A DNA stretch of 64,000 nt from an uncultured Microthrixaceae bacterium (GTDB lineage: Bacteria > Actinomycetota > Acidimicrobiia > Acidimicrobiales > DATDAH01), in contig CAVRXU010000002.1 in the NCBI GenBank assembly GCA_963725155.1, positions 492,506-556,505 on the forward strand, given 5' to 3'. Position 1 is the first letter of the stretch, and every line of letters begins with the position of its first letter. Both the position numbers and the translations under genes were made by a program. Below the pieces are notes generated by a model. It was not told where the DNA came from. It ran no database searches and saw only the letters and a list, made by a program, of their open reading frames with translations. Shown here one piece after another: positions 59,808-64,000 of this stretch.

Positions 59808-60728
59808 CTACGCGGCCCCGTCGAGGATCAGTCGCAGCCAGCGGCCGACGAGGTCGTAGGCCTTCTCGGCCGCAGGGAAGCCGAGGTTCAGGAACCCGTG
59901 GGGCTGACCGTCGAGGCACACCTCCTCGACCGTGACGCCGTCCGCGGCGAGGCGTTTGGCGTAGTCCCGCCCCTCGTCCCGGAGCACGTCGCAACCCCCG
60001 AGCACGACCAGGGCGGGCGGCAGACCCTCCAGCGACTCGGCCTCGAGCGGCGCGGCGTAGGGGTCGTGGTCGATGTCCCGGTCCCCGGAATACGCCGACC
60101 AGTAGACTTCGCGGGACTTGCGGGTGAGCATGATCCCGTCGAACTCGTCCTGCGAGGCGTAGGGCGCCGAACCCCCGAGCCCCGGGTAGAGCAGCACCTG
60201 CGCCGCGAGGCGGTCCTCGCCTGCGTCGCGCAGCCGTAGCGCTACGGCCGCCGAGAGGTTGCCGCCCGCGCTCTCACCGGCGACCGCGACCTGGCCGGGG
60301 CCCACGCCGAAGCGGTCCGTGTTGGCCAGCGCCCACCGGGTGACCGTCTCGCAGTCGTCGAGGCCGGCCGGGAACGGGTCCTCCGGGGCCAGCCGATAGC
60401 CGACGGAGACCACGGCCGAACCGGTGGCGTGGGTCAGCTCCCGGGCGACGTTGTCCATGAGGCCGATGCTGCCGATGCAGAAGCCGCCGCCGTGGAGGTA
60501 GACGAGCAGGCCGGTCGCCGGGCCGTCGCCCTGGTAGATCCGCACCGGTACACCCGCCGCCTCTTCGTCGCTGACCTGGGCGACCTCGCGCGTCACGGGG
60601 AAGCCCTGCGGGCCGCGGGCCAAGGGCAGTAGGTCGGGGTCGAGCTCCTCGATGATCGGCATCCCGTTCTCCTCGAACCACGCCGCCACCCAGGGGTCGA
60701 GCACGCCCTCGTCCATCGCCTCGCTCAT
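59808..60728 (-). CDS. alpha/beta hydrolase fold-3 (HSL-family esterase)
   Basis: VYLHGGGFCIGS (HGGG), VAVAGESAGGNLSAAVALRLRD (GxSxG). Confidence 0.9.
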   Translation of the reverse strand: MSEAMDEGVLDPWVAAWFEENGMPIIEELDPDLLPLARGPQGFPVTREVAQVSDEEAAGVPVRIYQGDGPATGLLVYLHGGGFCIGSIGLMDNVARELTHATGSAVVSVGYRLAPEDPFPAGLDDCETVTRWALANTDRFGVGPGQVAVAGESAGGNLSAAVALRLRDAGEDRLAAQVLLYPGLGGSAPYASQDEFDGIMLTRKSREVYWSAYSGDRDIDHDPYAAPLEAESLEGLPPALVVLGGCDVLRDEGRDYAKRLAADGVTVEEVCLDGQPHGFLNLGFPAAEKAYDLVGRWLRLILDGAA

Positions 60729-60848
60729 CGGTCCCCCTCACTCGAACACCGTTGCCGCAGTGTCGCATGCCGGATCGACGGGCCCGGATGGAAGCAACGT
60801 TCTCAATTGCGTAGTGTCGGGTTCTCAACCAGGCAGGGGGAGCGAGGG

Positions 60849-61613
60849 ATGGCCGAGCCGCCGATCGAAAGGATCGCCGTGGTGACGGGAGGGGCGTCGG
60901 GCATCGGCCTCGGGATCAGCCAGCGCCTCGCCCGCGACGGCGCCCAGCTGGCGATCCTCGACCTCAAGGGGGAGGAAGCCGTGAGCGCGGCGGCCGAGAT
61001 CGGGGCCGAGGGAGGCACCGCCGTCGGCCTTCCGGTGGATGTCTCGGACCGAGCCGCCGTCGACGGCGCGCTGGCCGAGGTGCGCGAGCAGTTCGGCCCG
61101 ATCACGATCCTGGTGAACAACGCCGGCATGGAGGGGTTCCAGCCCTTCCTCGACATCACCGTCGAAACGTGGAACCGCATCCTCGACGTGAACCTCACCG
61201 GCACCTTCCACTGCTGCCAGGCCGTGCTGCCCGACATGATCGAGGCCGGCTGGGGGCGGATCGTGAACATCTCGTCCTCGAGCACCCACAGCGGCCAGCC
61301 CCTGATGACGCACTACGTCGCGTCGAAGTCCGGCATGGTCGGCCTCACGAAGTCGCTCGCCCTCGAGTTCGGCCGGAAGGGCATCACCGTCAACACGATC
61401 CCGCCGGGGTTCATCGACACGCCGATGACGCGACGCAACGAGGCGAAGGGGCGCCTCGGCCAGGGCGGTGTCGACGCCGCCGTCAAGCGGACCCCGGTCG
61501 GCCGCGCCGGGCTCCCCGAGGACATCGCCGCGGCGTGCGCGTTCCTCGTATCGGACGAGGCGAGTTACGTCACCGGTCAGATCATCGGGGTCAACGGCGG
61601 CCGGAACACCTGA
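60849..61613 (+). CDS. SDR, 3-oxoacyl-ACP reductase (FabG)-like
   Basis: Start MAEPPIERIAVVTGGASGIGLG (ATG 60849). NNAG, YVASKSG (YxxxK), ASYVTGQIIGVNGG. Confidence 0.9.
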   Translation: MAEPPIERIAVVTGGASGIGLGISQRLARDGAQLAILDLKGEEAVSAAAEIGAEGGTAVGLPVDVSDRAAVDGALAEVREQFGPITILVNNAGMEGFQPFLDITVETWNRILDVNLTGTFHCCQAVLPDMIEAGWGRIVNISSSSTHSGQPLMTHYVASKSGMVGLTKSLALEFGRKGITVNTIPPGFIDTPMTRRNEAKGRLGQGGVDAAVKRTPVGRAGLPEDIAAACAFLVSDEASYVTGQIIGVNGGRNT

Positions 61614-61629
61614 ACAGAGCGGAGCGACC

Positions 61630-62013
61630 ATGGAGGAGACCGAGGAGCTGAGTGCGGCACGGGCGATGCGCCGGGCCATGCTCGGCGACGCGTACGTCGA
61701 CGCCCAGGCAGCCGACGCGAACGCCGTGATGGGGGAGTTCCAGGACTACCTCACGTCGATGGCGTGGGGCGTCTGGGCCCGCGAGGGCGCGTTGAGCCCC
61801 CGGGACCGGAGCCTCCTGGTGCTGGCCATGACCGCGGCGCTCGGTCGCATGGAGGAGTTCCGCCTCCACGTCGGCGCACAGGCCCAGACGGGGGTCACCG
61901 ACGAGGAGCTCGACGAGCTCCTGTTCCAGATCGCCGCGTACTGCGGGGCGCCCGCCGGCCTGTCGGCCAAGCGCGCGCTGCTGGCCGTCCGGGCCGAGCG
62001 GGAGGAGGGCTGA
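61630..62013 (+). CDS. carboxymuconolactone decarboxylase (CMD) family protein
   Basis: Start MEETEELSAARAM (ATG 61630). SPRDRSLLVLAMTAALGRMEEFRLHV...ELLFQIAAYCGAP. Confidence 0.8.
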   Translation: MEETEELSAARAMRRAMLGDAYVDAQAADANAVMGEFQDYLTSMAWGVWAREGALSPRDRSLLVLAMTAALGRMEEFRLHVGAQAQTGVTDEELDELLFQIAAYCGAPAGLSAKRALLAVRAEREEG

Positions 62014-62014
62014 C

Positions 62015-62875
62015 GTGGCGTTGGGCTTCGTCGGCCTCGGCAACATGGGCAGCGCCTTGGCCACGAACCTCGTGGAGTCGGGTCGGGAGCTGACCACCTA
62101 CGACGTGGCCGGGCCCGACCGCAGCCCCGAAGGGGCAGCCTTCGTCGCCGACCTGGCCGAGCTCGCCCGTCGCGCCGACGTCGTCGTCCTGAGTCTCCCG
62201 GACGGGGTGGCGTCCGAGCAGGTCGCCCGCGGGATCCTGGCCGTCCCCGACCGTCGGACCACGCACGTCCTCGACACCTCGACGATCGGGGTGTCGGCCT
62301 CCCAGACCATCGCCGGCCTCCTCGCCGAGGCGGGCGTGGCCTACGTCGACGCCCCGGTCTCCGGCGGGGTCGCCGGCGCCCGGGCCCGCACCCTGTCGGT
62401 GATGTACGCCGGGTCCGACGAGGCCTGCGAGGGGGTCGACGAGGCGCTCGCCGGTCTCAGTGACCGGACCCGCCGGGTCGGCGACCGCCCGGGCATGGCG
62501 CAGGCCCTGAAGCTGGCCAACAACTTCCTGTCGGCGACGGCGCTGGCGGCGACGAGCGAGGCCGTCGCCTTCGGGCGATCCGTCGGCCTCGACCTGGCCA
62601 CCATGCTCGAGGTCCTCAACGCCTCCAGCGGGCAGAGCGCGGCCACGAGCGACAAGTTCCCGAACCACGTCCTCACCGGCACCTATGCCGCGGGCTTCGC
62701 CAACTCGTTGATGGCCAAGGACCTCCGGCTCTACCTGGCGGCAGTGCAGAGCCAGGACAGCCCGTCGGTCATCGGCCCCGTCACTGCCGCGGTGTGGGAG
62801 CGCTTCGCCGAGGCCGAGCCGGGCGTGGACTTCACCCGCATCTATCCCTTCGTCGAGACCAGCCCGCCGCCGTGA
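62015..62875 (+). CDS. NAD(P)-dependent 3-hydroxyisobutyrate dehydrogenase-like oxidoreductase
   Basis: GFVGLGNMGSALATNL Rossmann motif, VDAPVSGG, LKLANNFL. GTG start 1 nt after the preceding stop. Confidence 0.9.
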   Translation: MALGFVGLGNMGSALATNLVESGRELTTYDVAGPDRSPEGAAFVADLAELARRADVVVLSLPDGVASEQVARGILAVPDRRTTHVLDTSTIGVSASQTIAGLLAEAGVAYVDAPVSGGVAGARARTLSVMYAGSDEACEGVDEALAGLSDRTRRVGDRPGMAQALKLANNFLSATALAATSEAVAFGRSVGLDLATMLEVLNASSGQSAATSDKFPNHVLTGTYAAGFANSLMAKDLRLYLAAVQSQDSPSVIGPVTAAVWERFAEAEPGVDFTRIYPFVETSPPP

Positions 62876-62948
62876 GAATGGACTTCTCATCCTGAGAGAT
62901 GCATGATATCGTCCCGTTGTCACGCTGTACCGGAGGGAACTGACGCAC

Positions 62949-64000
62949 ATGCCGCACTTCACCAAGCCCACCGAGGGCAGTTGGACGGAGCATTTCGGTC
63001 TCGACACCGGGCCGGTGTCCTATGCCGACTCCACCTCCCCCCAGCACTACGAGCTGGAGCAGGAGGCCATCTTCCGCAAGACGTGGCTGAACGTCGGCCG
63101 AGTCGAGCAGCTGCCCAAGAACGGCAGCTACTTCACCAAGGAGCTCGACGCCGCGAACACGTCGGTCGTGCTCGTGCGGGACATGGAGGGCGAGGTCCGG
63201 GCGTTCCACAACATGTGCCGCCACCGCGGCAACAAGTTGGTGTGGAACGACTACCCCGGTGAGGAGGTCAGCGGCACCTGTCGGCAGTTCACCTGCAAGT
63301 ACCACGGGTGGCGCTACGGGCTCGAGGGCCAGCTGACCTTCGTGCAGCAGGAGGACGAGTTCTTCGACCTCGACAAGGACGACTTCGGGCTGGCGGGCGT
63401 CAACGTCGACGTCTGGGAGGGGTTCATCTTCGTGAACTTCGATCCGGAGGCCCCGCCGCTCAAGGAGTACATGGGGCGGCTGGGGGCCGGGATCGAGGGC
63501 TATCCGTTCCACCTCATGACCCAGAAGCACACGTACAAGGCGGAGATCGGCGCCAACTGGAAGCTCTTCATCGACGCCTTCATGGAGTTCTACCACGCAC
63601 CCGTTCTGCACGCGAAGCAGGCCACCGACGAGGAGTCCCGCAAGCTCCAGGGCTATGGCTTCGAGGCCCTGGCCTACGACGTGGACGGCCCCCACTCCCT
63701 CGTTTCGTCGTGGGGCGGCATGGCCCCACCCAAGGACCTCGGCATGGTGAAGCCCATCGAGCGGGTGCTGCGCAGCGGCCTGTTCGGTGTGTGGGACGCC
63801 CCCGACATCGGTGAGCTGCCCGAGGGCCTCAACCCGGCTCGGCACCCGGCCTGGGGCGAGGACTCGTTCCTCTTCTTCCCCAACTTCACGCTGCTGGTCT
63901 GGAAGCCCAACTGGTATCTGACGTACCACTACTGGCCGACGTCGTACAACACGCACATCTTCGAGTGTTCCCTCTACTTCGTGCCCCCGACGAACGCCTA
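62949..64000 (+). CDS. Rieske-type aromatic ring-hydroxylating oxygenase alpha subunit, C-terminus beyond window
   Basis: Not in the ORF track (open to the window end). ATG 62949 after GGAGGGA. Own translation MPHFTKPTEGSW...FHNMCRHRGNKL...FTCKYHGWRY (Rieske CxH...CxxH) and NWKLFIDAFMEFYHAPVLH (mononuclear Fe site region). Confidence 0.85.
   Translation, partial: MPHFTKPTEGSWTEHFGLDTGPVSYADSTSPQHYELEQEAIFRKTWLNVGRVEQLPKNGSYFTKELDAANTSVVLVRDMEGEVRAFHNMCRHRGNKLVWNDYPGEEVSGTCRQFTCKYHGWRYGLEGQLTFVQQEDEFFDLDKDDFGLAGVNVDVWEGFIFVNFDPEAPPLKEYMGRLGAGIEGYPFHLMTQKHTYKAEIGANWKLFIDAFMEFYHAPVLHAKQATDEESRKLQGYGFEALAYDVDGPHSLVSSWGGMAPPKDLGMVKPIERVLRSGLFGVWDAPDIGELPEGLNPARHPAWGEDSFLFFPNFTLLVWKPNWYLTYHYWPTSYNTHIFECSLYFVPPTNA

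Noticed and set aside
1-64000. Search for tRNA, rRNA, tmRNA, integrase, transposase and toxin-antitoxin pairs
   Set aside because: No T-loop/acceptor-like sequences, rRNA-like stretches or recombinase motifs were recognised by eye. Small ORF pairs typical of TA modules were not seen. Absence should still be confirmed with tRNAscan-SE, Infernal and ISfinder.

Overview
Very GC-rich window with actinobacterial-type codon usage (third positions almost all G/C). The lineage call, Actinomycetota and possibly Acidimicrobiia-like, is inference only. I saw no rRNA, tRNA, CRISPR array, transposase or integrase. About 50 protein genes can be supported. Many long ORFs in the track are antisense shadow ORFs typical of high-GC DNA and are not reported as genes. 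Layout: (1) 0.8-10.3 kb holds envelope and secreted genes: an M23 peptidase with FG-GAP repeats, a cyclase-STAND-TPR protein, a DrrAB-like ABC exporter, an amicyanin-like cupredoxin and a 4-repeat Cys-rich secreted protein. (2) 10.3-35.8 kb is the most interesting part. It holds large secreted glycan-binding or glycan-processing proteins and an 11-gene, translationally coupled Wzx/Wzy-type polysaccharide operon on the minus strand (34798 down to 19818). That operon carries its own sulfotransferase, an unusual pyruvate-kinase-like/ATP-sulfurylase fusion, a GT4/P-loop-kinase-like fusion and a further P-loop protein. The block is bracketed by two inward-facing copies of a ~310-bp promoter, leader and 5'-CDS module conserved at nucleotide level but not in reading frame. 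This is a candidate cis-regulatory RNA. It lies next to an orphan NarL-type response regulator and an array of ATGCTGA-type palindromes. (3) 36-42 kb holds small regulators and enzymes, including a PadR with an Arg/Gly-rich tail and a near-perfect operator palindrome. (4) 42-46.5 kb holds a second sulfotransferase operon coupled to an LtaS/sulfatase-like membrane protein. (5) 46.6-64 kb is a catabolic-looking region with P450, SDRs, LLM oxidoreductases, TetRs and a Rieske oxygenase. It also has a segmentally duplicated series of orphan solute-binding lipoproteins paired with HSL-family esterases, one frameshifted gene and one truncated dehydrogenase remnant. All functional calls come from motifs read in the translations; no database search was run.
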